Origin: Octopus sinensis
Lineage: Eukaryota
DNA length: 64,000 nt
Assembly (NCBI RefSeq): GCF_006345805.1
Contig: NC_042999.1
Span: 135,718,001-135,782,000 of the forward strand
Direction: 5' to 3'
The notes under the pieces were generated by a model. The model was not told the DNA's origin. It saw nothing but the letters and a program-made list of their open reading frames with translations, and did not search any database. The first letter of the stretch is position 1. Each line of letters starts with the position of its first letter. This document shows, piece by piece, positions 36,570 to 49,966 of the stretch. The position numbers and the translations under genes were made by a program.

Positions 36570-37145
36570 CATCATCAACGTCATTTAACATCCGCTTTCC
36601 ATGATGGCATGGGTTGGACAGTTTCACTGAAGACTGGCAAGCCAGAAGGCTATACAAGGCTCCAATCTGATCCAGCAAGGTTTCTATAGCTGGATGCACT
36701 TCCTAACACCAACCACTCCGAGAGTGTAGTGGGTGCTTTTTACATACTACTGGCATGAGGGACAGTCAGGCAGTAATGGCATTGACCATGCTTGAATGGT
36801 GCTTTTTATGTGCCACCGGCATGGGAGCCAGTCAGGCGCCACTGGCAACGACTGGTTGATTGGTGTTTTTTAGATGCTACCGGCACGGGTGCCAGTAAGG
36901 CAGTACTGACATCAGCCATGATGACTTCACTTGCCTCAACAAGTCTTTGCAAGCACAGTTTATTACCCAATGACTGAAGGATACTTTTAAATGGGCTGGT
37001 TATGCTGCACTGGTATAGGCCACGGTTATTGTTTCACTTGGCTTGCCGAGTCTTCTCAAGTACAGCATATCTCCAAAGGTCTCGGTCACTCAATATCACC
37101 TCTGTGAGGCCCAACGTTCAAAGCTCGTGCTTCACCACCTCATCA
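36570..37145 (-). mobile_element. RTE 3' end fragment
   Basis: Homologous to 23029-23700, including the end of the ORF. Confidence 0.78.
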
Positions 37146-37269
37146 TTGTAATAAACTCACAGACATTAAATAACAAAGGACAACAACAAATAAAAGTTAT
37201 CTATTAATTATCATTATAAAGTTCAATAAGCTTCTGAATGGTTTTGGAAGAAAATATCCATTTCAAATA

Positions 37270-37590
37270 TATGTGGCTGTGTGGTAAGGAGCTTGCTTCC
37301 CAATCACATGGTTCCAGGTTCAGTCCCACTGTGTGACACTTTGGGCAAGTGCCTTGGGCCAACCAAAGCTTTGAAAGTGGATTTAGTAGATGGAAACTGA
37401 AAGAAGACTGTTATATATATGTGTGTGTATTTGTCCCTCCATCACCACCTGATAACTGGTGTTGGTGCTTATGCCCCAGTAACTTAGCAGTTCAGCAAAA
37501 GAGACCAATAGATTAAGTACTAGGCTTAAGAAATAAGTCCTGGGGGTCCAGCATGGCCTCAGTCAAATGACTGAAACAAGTAAAAGAATA
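37270..37590 (+). mobile_element. tRNA-derived SINE (8.85 kb family)
   Basis: GTGGCTGTGTGGTAAG A box, GGTTCAGTCCC B box, same tail. Confidence 0.72.
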
Positions 37591-37681
37591 TATATAATGC
37601 TATATATTGAATGCATAAAAATCTAATCATATATTCAAATTACAATAAAAGAATCCAGATAATGAAGCACAAAGTCAATAC

Positions 37682-37806
37682 CCTTTCCTCTTCACAGCAC
37701 CTAGCAACAGTTGAGCTTGAGATTTTGTTTTAGTAGCTCCTACTTGGGCACGTGAAAATTTCTTCTCTTCAGGTTTATTTTCTTTGAGTTTGGTCAAAGC
37801 TGCAGC
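37682..37806 (-). CDS. PSME3IP1: PSME3IP1 exon 4
   Basis: AAALTKLKENKPEEKKFSRAQVGATKTKSQAQLLLGAVKRK matches the family motif SQAKLLAGAVK; AC acceptor, donor GG|GTATTG. Confidence 0.87.
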
Positions 37807-38332
37807 GTAAACAGTTAAGGAGGATGCAACAATACACATAACTAATTGTATACAAAAAACTGAAGGTGTGGTTTCCTGTAATAAATAATTTTGTTAATGA
37901 AACTGAAAAGTTATGAGTTCAAGTATTGCAAGCTAAAGAAAGTCATCAATTACATTAAACATGTACTGTATATTTGCAGATGGGCAAACTGGGACAATGC
38001 ATAGTGTCAATGATTGGATATAACTCATATTTTAGATTATATTTTAACTGATAAACTGACATTGTTTTACCTGAGCTAAGTGTGACACTATCTCTCTCTA
38101 TATGTATAAAAGATGAGACAAATCTAAAACTTAATGCAGCATCAGTGACATGATTAAGTTAAAACACTTCAAGATACAAAACTAATCTGTTAATAATTTA
38201 ACAATCACACTTCTTAAACATAGAAATAAAAAGAAAAAAAATGTAAGATGTGTCTAAAATGTTTTGGATACAGAAATATTTAGAAACTATTTCAATTTGG
38301 CCCTGGAAACAGGTCCATCATTCAAAGGATAT
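37807..38332 (-). other. U12-type (minor spliceosome) AT-AC intron, 526 nt
   Basis: 5' end ATATCCTTTG, branch site TCCTTAAC at 37821-37814, 3' end TGTTTAC; gives an in-frame phase-0 join EEMS|AAAL, whereas the nearby AG gives an immediate stop. Confidence 0.9.
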
Positions 38333-38454
38333 AGACATTTCTTCCATAACATTTGCTTGTTCTTTTTCTCTTTCTTTCTGTAATCTTTCTTGTTGCTTAG
38401 AAATGTAATCCAAAAAGCTGACCTCATCCTCTTCTAAACCTTTTACTGAATTTC
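38333..38454 (-). CDS. PSME3IP1: PSME3IP1 exon 3
   Basis: NSVKGLEEDEVSFLDYISKQQERLQKEREKEQANVMEEMS versus human [21 protein letters not shown]. Confidence 0.92.
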
Positions 38455-38689
38455 CTGAGAAACAGAGGAAGAATGGACAATTATAACATTTGAAAGAATA
38501 AAAAGTTAGATATATGTGTTCACATGTAAAGATATTTTTCATTCAAAACTACTTCTTACATCACAAACAGCTGCTGACTATAGTGTGTTCGATCTAAATT
38601 TGATATTTCATGTCCCCTTTTTCAGGAGCAGCTTGATGTACTGGTGAATAGTCAACAGTGCTGGAGAGCATAAAGATTAAAGTTGGAGT

Positions 38690-38975
38690 TGAGAATAAGA
38701 TAGCTGACATGGAGGACTGGAAGCCATCTGAATACTGGAAAAAAGTTACCTGTATCATGATGATTTGTGCTGGGTATCAAAATGCCCACATCATGACTGT
38801 TTGCTCAGTGTTCTGTGAACAGTGTAAAAGCTGTAAGACATGATATGGATAGCTGCAATGGAAGCTTTGAAGCCATGGCCAGCAGGAAGGGACACAGTAG
38901 GCATTCTGACTGTATCTGCACACCAAAATTCATCCCCACATCACTGAACAGGACGTTAGGCTTAATTCAGATACT
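38690..38975 (+). mobile_element. Tc1/maT-like transposase N-terminal relic
   Basis: HDMDSCNGSFEAMASRKGHSRHSDCICTPKF resembles the N-terminal region of the family seen at 50.1-50.6 kb; heavily decayed. Confidence 0.4.
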
Positions 38976-39213
38976 TACATATCTGAGGTAAATAGTGGCT
39001 TCACAGAAATGACCTAAACTACTTTTCAATAAAAAACACTTTTATTCATTAATATAAAGTTGCCTCTTCTACCACTGACACCCAAACTCAAAATATTCAT
39101 CTGTCACTGCTCACCAACCAAATTTTCTCTTTAAATACTATCTAAATTGTTTTCTCAGTGTAGGAAAGAGAACAGCAATTTGTCAACATATTATGCTCTA
39201 ATTTGAAGATTAA

Positions 39214-40014
39214 CCCTAGAAAACATGAAAAAAAATTAAAGTTACATAAAACATGAAGGTGACCACACTGGTCCAAGTCAGATTTTCATTGAAAAATATG
39301 TACAAAACAAAAAAATTTTATTTACACAGTTCAAGTACAAAACTGTTTGATCTCTGTGGCTTTCACTTGCAAAAATCTGATATTTTTGACAGCTAATTCT
39401 ACTCTTCTCCTTTTTTTCCCCTGAAAGACAAATCCTGCAAAATCCTCATGAGCTACCTGTTTATTTCTCTTTTGGATACTGAAATTACGTCTTCAGATTC
39501 TCCATCACCAAGGAGTTCTTCAGCAAACATTTTAAGAAATTTAAGTCTAGATAGGTGTTTGTTCTGTTTGAATTATGGGTACTTTTCAATAAACAACAAA
39601 AAAGCATTGTATGCTCCTGTATCAATCAGGTTGAAAAACACTGCCATTAATTATCATCGTGCAGCTCATTTCAGTGAATAGTATCTAACCTGCTGGTCAA
39701 GTGTCCCATAGAAGTTCTCAAACACTAATGAAAACTTGAGAACATGTTTCTTGATACAAAATTACCATTTTTATCTACAGACTAAGACACACTAATGACA
39801 GGATCACAGTGGTCCAGTCTATGTTTCCACAGAACATTTTTTGAAATTTAAAGCCCAAACTTAAAATGAAAAAACTTCTTTTACCAAAAAATTGGGATAA
39901 GAAGTTGAAGATATAGTATTAATTTACAGCACCAATAATTTAAATTAAATAAAAAATTTTTGCAGCAAAAGAAATGGCTTCAACACAAAAAAAAAACTTC
40001 CAAGTTTTTCAGGG
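39214..40014 (-). mobile_element. Deleted piggyBac element in PSME3IP1 intron 2
   Basis: TTAA|CCCTAGAAAAC...GTTTTTCAGGG|TTAA; remnant TLDQQVRYYS..MAVFFNLIDTGAYNAFLLF..RLKFLKMFAEELL and a cysteine-rich tail FCRICLSGEKKEKSRISCQK. Confidence 0.82.
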
Positions 40015-40746
40015 TTAACTAAATATCACAAAGCATTTTGTCTGCACTTTATTAATTCTACCACTCCAAAATTCTTGAAATATTTTATGGCAGTGCTCCA
40101 GTATTGTAAGAATCATAATGAGCTGAACCCATAGAAATACAAAATCTCAAGACAAACCAGAGTTATCAGCAAATCAACATTGTTAGCACGTTGGGCAAAA
40201 TGCTTAGTGGCATTTTGTCTGTCCTTACATTCTGAGATCAAATTTCACCGAGGTCGATGAAATAAGAACTAGTCCTGCACTGGGGTCAATGTAATCGACT
40301 AGCTCCCTCCCCAATAATTTCAGGCTTTGTATCTACAATAGAAAGGGTTATTAAGCTGATGTTAACAACATGATTTAAGGTGAAATATTGATGAAAATTC
40401 AAAATTTTGATGGAGATTTTCTGTTTTAAAACAGGAAATCTATATCATAAAACCAATGGGCAGTTTTGGGTGAACTGATTTCAAAAGTGATAATGTTTAG
40501 ATTTGAGAATACAGAGATTAATTTTAGGTTTCTAACATTTTGATCTTTATCAATGGTACAAGGCCACAAACATTTTGAGATGGAACAGTCAATTAGATCA
40601 ACCACAGTATTTGACAAGTACTTATTTTGTCAATTGAAAATGTGAAAAGTGAAGTCAACCCTATCAAGATTTGAAATTTGAGAGCAAAGGGACTTAACTA
40701 AATAAGGATATTAAAACAAGGTAATGAACATGCGACAAAAACTTAC

Positions 40747-40845
40747 TGTTTCGTTGTTCTTCTTCATATTCGTCCTCTTTCTTTTTCTTCTGTTCTTGGA
40801 GTTTATCGAATAAAGAACGATTATCTACCACTTCTTCTGGACACT
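40747..40845 (-). CDS. PSME3IP1: PSME3IP1 exon 2
   Basis: CPEEVVDNRSLFDKLQEQKKKKEDEYEEEQRN versus human CPEEVYDPRSLYERLQEQK; canonical AG and GTAAGT. Confidence 0.93.
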
Positions 40846-41429
40846 CTAAAGATAAAACATATGATTTCAAGATGCAATATTTCAATACTTCTGATAATCA
40901 TATTGGCAGTAATTGATTGGCAATAAGATCATGGTCAACCAAATTACTGAAATGATGTACAACTAATGGATATACATCATAAAATAGAATTACATTAATG
41001 ATAATGTGGAACACAAAAACTATCTTCAAACCAACAATAAAGCCTTAATCTGCTAGAAATAGCAGTCGAATCTCTCTCAAATTACATCCCATCATTTTAG
41101 AAAAAGGAGGATATACAGAATAATATAATCCTAAATATACTGTGTCTGAAAAAAAGGACAGGATGGGTACATCAGGAACACTTATGAACACAGAATTTCT
41201 TAAATAGGCTGACTTATAGCTAAACTATAATAATAACAATTGTAACCTAATATTTCCTCTCAAGTGATTTATTCTGTTGAAGATGTTAGCCAGATTTTAG
41301 ACCTAGTGATATGGTCAACTTCAGAATCTCTTTAGGAAAAGACACAAAAGTAAGGCTTTCTGTTGTTAACACAAGATCCTAGCAAGGATTTATTTGAATT
41401 CTGAGCTGCAAACAAATAAAACAAAGATC

Positions 41430-41740
41430 ATAATCATCATTTAACATTTGTTTTCCATGCTGGCACAGGTTGGTCAAATTGATAGGAGTTGACCCCAAAG
41501 AGCTGCCTGGGATCCATGTCTGTTTTGGCATAGTTTCTATGGCTGGATGCCCTTCTTAATGCCAACCACTTTATAGATTGTACTGGGTGCTTTTACATGG
41601 CACAAGCACTTTTTATGTGGTGCCAGCAAACATGAGCCTGCAAGATTAAGGCCACTCAGCTGAATAGGGATGCAGGGGACATGTCTGTATGCAAGGACAA
41701 CCACAATTTTACTTAGCTTGATGCCAGAAGTCTCGGTCCC
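41430..41740 (-). mobile_element. RTE 3' UTR fragment
   Basis: CATCATTTAACATT...GGATGCCCTTCTTAATGCCAACCAC. Confidence 0.65.
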
Positions 41741-42365
41741 TTGTCACCCACACTTATAATAGTGAGTGGCATCCACCTGAAGCTTCCATGAAGTGAATCT
41801 TGGGTGATGAGTAGTCTGCAGCAGGCAGAAGTATTAATAGCAATAGTGGTACCTTCTCAATCAAATCTCAAGGAATCATAACACACCTGCTGGACATCCC
41901 AACTATTATCTCAACTCTTTTCACTGCAGTCTCAAATGAAATTCCCAGAAATACGAACAGTAAGTACAACAAAGAGACAAAGTGCAGAGTACAATTAATT
42001 GCAGCAAAATTCTACACATATGCACTCCCTCCTGCTACACATTCAATTACCACCCAACACCCAAATACATTTGCAACACCTCACAACACTACGAGATTAT
42101 CTCCCCTGCCCACTCAGTTCTGAAAAAGACTCTTAACTGCATCAATAACCTAACATTGTGCTGGGAAGTACACCATCACATCTGTTGTGCTTGAACTAAA
42201 TTCATTGACCCACTGTCACATTGACCACCACCAAAACTTAAATGTCATACAAATGAGATGAGGAAGCCTCTACTTGGTTGTCTGAACTACTAGAAGTAGC
42301 AGCCAAATCTCCTTAAATGAAATTATTCAATCTTAAAAATTGTTTAAAACTATATTGGATAATGT

Positions 42366-42548
42366 ATCATCATCATCATCCTTTAGCGTCCGCTTCCATG
42401 CTAGCATGGGTTGGATGGTTCAACTGGGGTCTGGGAAGCCAGAAGGCTGCACCAGGCCCAGTTTGATCGGGCAATGTTTCTACGGTTGGATGCCCTTCCT
42501 AACGCCAACTACTCCATGAGTGTAGTGGGTGCTTTTTATGTGCCACCG
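42366..42548 (-). mobile_element. RTE 3' tail, young subfamily
   Basis: Near identical to 35107-35275. Confidence 0.8.
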
Positions 42549-43368
42549 TAGATATATGTAGATATATAATATTTGAATAAAAAAATATTGCTGGATTGCT
42601 TTTGATAATGGGTCTGCTCAATCAGGATTGACCAGGGATCAAACAACAATTTCCATACAAAAATATATTAGAAAATTAGAAACAGAAAAAAACAAAAAAC
42701 ATGTCTAGATCACCATCTGTACCTCATGCAATAATCTCTTCCATGTTGAAGGGCATTATGGTCCTCCAAAAGGTAGAGGTATGGAATATTTGGAACAATA
42801 GATCTGTGGGTGGCACAACATTCACTTTACACTCTGCACACCATGGGGTTTGCATATGATACACAACAACAACAATAACCAAACAGTACATAACACAATG
42901 TTCAATACAGTTTACATGCCAACAAAAATAATAAGGTATCAATGGTGTGCCAAATCTATAAGTTATTTTCAAATGTTAGCTTGCTTTCATAAGTTTATTG
43001 ATTCCCAAACTTTTATAACTCAGCACACCTTTGTTTACCAAAAAGTGTTTTATAAATGTTTTGCAAAAAAACAAAACAAAACAAAAAGCAACTTATTTTG
43101 CATAGTGGTTTCTTATCCATACTCTCTTATAGCATCCCATCAATGTCTTGCACATCTTTTTAGATAAATGCATGAATTAGTCAAGAATTTAAGTATATAA
43201 AATTCAATTACTAAAGGTAAAGACTTATGTAAGGAATATACAATGGATCTTGGTACAGAATCAGTTGTGCTTTCTGCTCACTAATAAGACAATGTCTTAC
43301 TCATATTCTAATCCTGATAAAGACTTTATTTTATTACATTTAAAATATAAGTATTGTAGCTGGTTTAA

Positions 43369-43576
43369 CCCTTTAGTATTCAAATTAGTGTCAAGTGTAA
43401 TGTTTGTTTATTCTCATTGTTCTAAATTAATCATACACTATCTTGCCACTTCAAGATGTTTATAATGCAATTGCTTATTTTTATAATAATATTGCAGAGT
43501 AGGTGTGAGAGGCCAGATCTGGCTTGTTTGAATATAGAATAGGTAGAATATTTGGGCTGGTTTAAATGCTAAAGAG
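43369..43576. mobile_element. piggyBac-like MITE
   Basis: TTAA|CCCTTTAG...CTAAAGAG|TTAA; homologous to 9850-10068. Confidence 0.68.
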
Positions 43577-43773
43577 TTAAATATTTTATTTCTAAGGTGT
43601 TGGGTGTTTTGAGCTCACAAGAAGGAAAGCATATGTCAAATCTATAATACCCAGGTTAAGAACCACTTCATTTATGGCTCAAGTGATTACTGCAGTCACC
43701 AAATAATCAAAAGTATGGTAATTTTAACATACCAAACTCATCATTTTTAAGAAACGAAATTCCAAGAACTTAC

Positions 43774-43888
43774 CAAGTGGCTGATCTGGTTGACGAACTT
43801 TTTCCCATTCTTTTTGTCGCTGTTGTCTTTTTTCATCCAATTCTTTCTCTGAAACAAACTTTGTCAGGGATGAACCAGAACTGGACAT
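43774..43888 (-). CDS. PSME3IP1: PSME3IP1 first coding exon
   Basis: MSSSGSSLTKFVSEKELDEKRQQRQKEWEKVRQPDQPL versus human [25 protein letters not shown]; donor G|GTAAGT; an acceptor just upstream (~43908) implies a non-coding first exon. Confidence 0.93.
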
Positions 43889-44589
43889 TTTCCTTAAAAT
43901 AAACTGCTTAAAGAAAAAAAAAACAACAACAAAAAAAGCAATATACAAATCTGTAATGAAATTATCAATAATTTACTAACACAACATAAAAATATTTTCA
44001 CAACAAAGATGCTAATTTTGATACCAACTAGTCTTCTATACAAATACTTTTAGTCATTTTATTCCAAAGAGAAAATTGTTACAAAATCCAATTTCATTTT
44101 TCTAATATATTACTTTAATAGAAATAGGCTTGGCTGTATAATTTACAACTTCACTTTGCAACCACAATTCTAGATCCAGTCTCATTACACAGCATCTTGG
44201 GCAAGTGTCTTCTACTATAGCCCTGGGTCAACCAATAACTTGTTAGAAGAATCTGGTAGATAGAAACTTGTGTGTGTGTCCTGGAATTTTGGTTGCATCA
44301 TCTTGTTAAATTATGGCAGAATTACCTTTGTCACTTATGACAGTCTTTATTCACAATATGACAATTGCAGTTTTTGGAAACCAATGGGATAAACAAAATC
44401 CCTTACTTAAAAAGCCAGTAAGGAGTTGCAACAAAAAGTGCATCTGGCCACAAAACCCTGCTTCAAATAAGTTTCTCATGCTAGCATGGAAAAAAAAACC
44501 CAGATGTTAACTGAATGACTGACTCTTTTATTGTTAGATACCTGTCATGTTTTAAGTTTTGGACTGATTGAAGATGAGACATTGTAACA

Positions 44590-46420
44590 ACATCATCATT
44601 ATCATTTAATGCCTGCTCTCCATGCCGGCATGGGTTGGGTGGTTTGACATGGAGCTGTTCAGACTCCAATTGTCTGTTGTGGCATGGTTTCTATGGCTGT
44701 ATGCCCTTCCTAATGCCAAGTACTTAATGTGTGCTGGGTGTTTTTTACATGCCACAGGCACGAGTGTGTTTGCACAGTAGCAGCATGGGTGCGTTCATGC
44801 AGCACCAGCACAGGTGCTTTTTATATGACACCGGATCCTGAAAGGACAAGCCTGTATGTGTAGAAGACAGTGATTTTACTAAGCTTGATGTGTCTTTACA
44901 AATACAGCAAATCACCACATCCCCTAGTCTCTTGTCATTTCCTCAATGAGGCCTAGCATCTGAAAATCCTTTCTCACCATTTTGTCCCACATCTTTCCCT
45001 TCCACAATTAGAGCTCAGCACTTACGCAGCTGTCCTCATCCATACACATCACATGACCAAAACAGCACAGTCTTATCTCTTGCACACAACATCTGTTGTC
45101 TCTTATACTCAGTTTTCCTGGTAAATCATTTACACTGTCATGTATGCACACTGACATTACCCATCCAGCGTAGTATGCTAGCTTTATTTCTTTCAAGCCT
45201 TTGCAAGTCCTCTGTAGTCAAAGCCTATGTTTCACTGCTCTGTAACATAGCTGTACATACACAGGCATCATAAAATCAGCCTTTCGCTCTGAGGGATAGG
45301 CCCTCAGTTACCAACAAAGGTAGAAGCTTTCTGAACTTTGCCCAGCCATTTCTTGTTCTAGCAGCTACACTTTCAGAAATTCCTCCACTGCTGCTAACTT
45401 GGTCTCCTAGGTAACAGAAGCTATCTACTACTTCTAATGATCCCGCCAAGCATTTGAGGGAGTCTATTGTCTTCGCATTTTTAATGCTTATTGTACCTGC
45501 ACATTTGCCACACAAAGATTATATTCTCTGTTAATCTTCCTGTGATACTGTTACAACTCTTATGTGTCCAAAGCCTGCACTGAATACAACATATGGAGTT
45601 TATACCAACACTCTTCTTACATGTTAAGTAGGGCCATCTCCCTGAAGAGACTTGTGATTTATCTCTTTCCTTACTTACTAGGACTCTGGTTTCTGCTAAA
45701 TTATTTCTAAGGCCCTTAGATACCAGGCCTTTTTTCCACACCTGAAATTGCTTTTCTAGGTCAGGTAGTAATTCAGATATAAGAACAAGGTCATCAGCAT
45801 AGAGGAACTCCCAGGGATAGCCAGTCTTGAAACCCTCTGTTAAGGCTTGGAGGACTAAGACAAACAAGAAGGGGCTGAGAACTGAGGATTGGTGAACTCC
45901 TACTTGTACACTGAATTCATTGCTATACTTGTTGCCAACCTTCACCTTACTGGCAGCATCCCTGTACATGGCTTGTACAGCTCTCACTAACCACTCATCT
46001 ATCCCTAGCTTCCGCATTGACTACCAGATAAAGGAGTGGGACCCTGTCAAAGGCTTTCTCCATATTGACAAAAGCCAGGTACAGATGTTACTTTTGGCTA
46101 AATACTTCTCTTGCAGTTCCCCAACCAGGAATATACCTGGCACAAATCTGAACTACATTTCATCTATGCTCTCTTCCTAATTAATTGAGCTATGACCATT
46201 TCTGTGACTTGCACCACCTGGTTCAGCAATTATTTCTGTAATTATTTCTGTCTAAGGTATTACTTTTGCCTTTGTAGCAGTTGACTATAATGCTGCTACA
46301 CCCATCGTTAGTTATGACTCCCTCATGGACAACCTGATTAACTATATGGGTGACTAGGCCACATCCTACTCAGCCAGATATTTTAAGCATCTCAGCAGTG
46401 ATTCCTGATGGACCAGGGGC
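44590..46420 (-). mobile_element. Older 5'-truncated RTE LINE
   Basis: MRKLGIDEWLVRAVQAMY, GVHQSSVLSPFLF, FLYADDL, FCYLGDQ, GPSGITAEML; TGA tail near 44590-44605. Confidence 0.88.
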
Positions 46421-48689
46421 TCTCCTTGTCTTAACACAACATAGATAAAATATTAATCTATCTAGTTGGCTAAATGGTACAAAAGAATATGCAGGAATAT
46501 ATATGCATCATATATTAGGCAATTAGAATGACAATATTGCTAGCCTAGTCAGTCTTTTGAAACTTTTATTCATAAAAGAAAAATAAGCAGTAACACTGAA
46601 TATAGGGGAAATACTTAAACAGCATAAAACATAGAATAAAATGGAATATAAAAATTAATATATTTTTCAGTTTCTGTTATTGAACAGCTGGGGTATCACA
46701 TTTATGGAATTTTAACCATTTTTATCAATCCTAGTACTATTATATTTGGCAGTTATTTTATAGATCTCAGAAGATGAAAAGTAACATCAACTGGATGTAA
46801 AAGGGGTGACCTAAATGTAATAAAATACTGCAAGGGATTATCATTCAGTGCTTTTACACAGAAATAAGCTATCAGAGTACTCTTGATATTTAGTCGTGGT
46901 TGTTGCTTGTATAATAGTTCAACATAGAATAAGCTATATATCAAACACAGTCAGGGTGTAACGTCAATAATATATAAGATTAGTGTCTGTATTAATATAT
47001 ATCTAATATATTCCCCTGGGGCGTTTTTCCTGAACCATATAGTTGATATTAGTATCATTGTATTCTCATGCTGAGTAGTATATGTTAAAGCAAGGAGACA
47101 TGATAAGAGCAAAACATGCGCCTTGCTTTCACCAGTTGGTATAAAAAATAAAAATCTGCACCCATATAACATTTTGTATTTCCAAAAATTTCATTTGAAA
47201 TTATGGGGATGTTAACCCTTATTTTTGTTTCTTGATTCCTAATTCCTTAAGAAGTTTCTATCTACTATTTGCCTATGTATAAAGTTTATTTTTTAAACTC
47301 ATATTACACAGGCAGGCATCTAGTCCAGAATCATAATCTCCGTATTTTTCAGAATATTTTGAAAAAAAAAAGAAAAATTTCTGAAAAAAGTTTAAAATGA
47401 TGGATTTAGGGGAGGGGGGGGATTTCAAAATGCTGATTTTTGCCAATTTTTTTTGCAGTTTCGTATTTTTCGTAGTCGGGGGTTTGTGTAGAAAAAAAAA
47501 AATTAAATAAAAAAAAAGGGGTGTTTTGGCAGGAGGAGGGGGGGGGGGTACAAAAGGCAGTCTTGCCAACATGCGTTTTATAGATACCATAAGACAGCCA
47601 CATACTTGATGGTATAAAAGATGCACGTGTATATAAGAAACACTTCAATTTCAGAAGCGCATATTTAGGAAAACATTGTTTATAGTGCACGTAATATTCT
47701 TGAAAGCAATTTCGCAGTACATTACGTCAGTAACATAGCATAAAATATGATGGTATATATTATGTCATGCATACCGCTGAACATAAAGTAAGAAATCACG
47801 ATAGTGAAAATACCCTTAATGATTACAGTAAAACTTCACGTATGGGACTTTAGTTGATTTTTCTGATATATATTTTTGGAAGGAAAAAAAAAAACGCGTC
47901 TTATATGCTGTCTATTTCAGAAATTACATTTGAAAGTCTTGACTTTCGGCATTCTTTCGTTTTCACTATATTTGACGAAGCTTCAAAATTTTTCTATAAA
48001 AATAGAAAAGTATTGAAAAGTAGCTGGTTGTGGTTATTTCAAGATTCCAGTGATTTTACTAATTTCGCGTACCGGTTTGAAAACCTCTGCTCTAAGGTGT
48101 TTGCCCTGTGAGAAATAGCAGTCTTATTTCTTCAAATTATATCCTACCGTCTGAGAAAAAAAAGCAACAAAAAAACGAAAATGAACAATTTTTAGATATT
48201 CTCATCAACAGCGGAATGGTCATAAGGTGCTCATTCAAGGGTGGCCTAGGGACAAAACAATAACACCGATAATAGTCAACTCAAAATGGTTTCACACACA
48301 CATATGTATTGCATTACATGATGTTTACAATCTTTGTCGAGTTGAAATTTCCTTTAAAGTATGTGCTTAAATTTTAATAACCGGCTCGCAACTAATGTTA
48401 TAAATTTATTTTATATAAAGGGCGAAAAGTTTAATTAGCGACAGACTAGCAACTTATAATTAAACTGCCATATGTAATATGTAGATTTAAATGATTATTA
48501 GTAAATTAAACAGAGAAATAAAATTTTCAATAAGTGAAGACTGTTTATGTTTTGTTAGGGATTACACAGTACATATTCAGTGATGATAGTTCTACAACAA
48601 ACAACAGGAAATCAGTCCTAACTATCAGCAGAGCAAGAATGTCTATAAACTGTAGAACTGATGCAACATAGTTCAGAGAAGATAAATAT

Positions 48690-48900
48690 AAATGCAACAT
48701 ACGCGAAAAATCGAAGTTGGGATATTAGAGAAGGTGAAGGAACTCTTTAGTGTAGGAGCTAAAATAGTAATTAAACCGGAACTCACATGTTTTTCAACGC
48801 ATTTGTTTGTCTCTCACAGTCTCTCTCTCTTCGGTCTGTCCGGCTATTAGAAATGACGGCTAAATCACCCTCATTCACACCTTGCTAACTTGGAAAGGGG
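48690..48900 (-). promoter_or_regulatory. Putative PSME3IP1 non-coding first exon / promoter
   Basis: CpG-containing patch with a strong donor CAT|GTGAGT (exon end at 48787) upstream of the acceptor at ~43908. Inference only. Confidence 0.35.
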
Positions 48901-49339
48901 GAGGCACACAGGATAATGTGATCCAAGATGTTGTTTAAACATCGGGATGGTCATGGTGAATGCCTTTGATCATCTGTCTCATTGATCAGGAATGAGTTGT
49001 TATTAGACAACATTGATCCGTTATCATCTTGTTTAGGAAGGGAAAGTCAACCAAAATACACTGGGAATTGCTTGTAGGAGCCAGGTGGTGGTGTGATACC
49101 GGACGGCGTGTTAGGTCTACTAACTAGTGTTGGCTGGCTTATGTAATATAAAAGATTCCCATTTCCGTTCTTGCCATTTCTTTTTCTACAGTTTCTTGAT
49201 AATCCTTCTCATCATAATTGAACGCATAAACTATGAAGTTAATATCAGCAGAAAAACTTGAATTTATTTTGAAGGCAAATTATGCTCACGGTTGAAATCT
49301 GTTCAATGGGACTGAGTGGATTTTAAAAGAAATCTTTTA

Positions 49340-49560
49340 TTTGTTTCAGTCATTTGACTGCGGCCATGCTGGGACTCCGCCTTAAAGGGTTTTAGTCGAA
49401 CAAATCTACCCCACAACTTATATATTAAAAAAAAAATCTATTACTTATTCTATCGGCCTCTTTGCAGACCTGCTAAGTTACGGGGATGTAGACAGACCAA
49501 CACCGGTTGTCAGGCGGTGGTTGGGGACAAACACAGGCAAGGACACACACGCACGCACAT
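49340..49560 (-). mobile_element. SINE 3' half (8.85 kb family)
   Basis: TTGTTTCAGTCATTTGACTGCGGCCATGCTGG, the reverse of the family tail. Confidence 0.7.
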
Positions 49561-49749
49561 ATAATCAATGAAAGAAACAGAAGATAGATTTGGTACGAAT
49601 GTTTATTCAGCACGACAATCGTTTCGATCCATCCTGGAGCTATCCCTTAAGGGTAGCATATTGTGCATCTAGTTATGTTGCACCAATTAGTGCAGGTTGT
49701 GTCACTTCCGGTGTTTGGTGTAAAAAAAAAGATATCCTACTAGATATAC

Positions 49750-49931
49750 TCTTTTACTTGTTGCAGTCATTCGACTGCGGCCATGCTGGAGCACCGCCTT
49801 TAGTCGAGCAAATCGACCCCAGGACTTATTCTTTGTAAACCTAGTACTTATTCAATCGGTCTGTTTTGCCGAACCGCTAAGTTATGGGGATGTAAACACA
49901 CCAGCATCGGTTGGCAAGCGATGTTGGTGGG

Positions 49932-49966
<35 letters not shown>

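Noticed and set aside
38318-38332. PSME3IP1 ending at ...MSISFE* as in the ORF track
   Set aside because: This is read-through into the AT-AC intron; conserved downstream exons exist.
41800-42260. AC-rich stretch resembling a LINE C-terminus
   Set aside because: Too decayed to assign by eye.
47270-48150. ORFs at 47273-47690 and 47854-48111
   Set aside because: Built from homopolymer runs in a probable non-coding repeat; no protein motifs.
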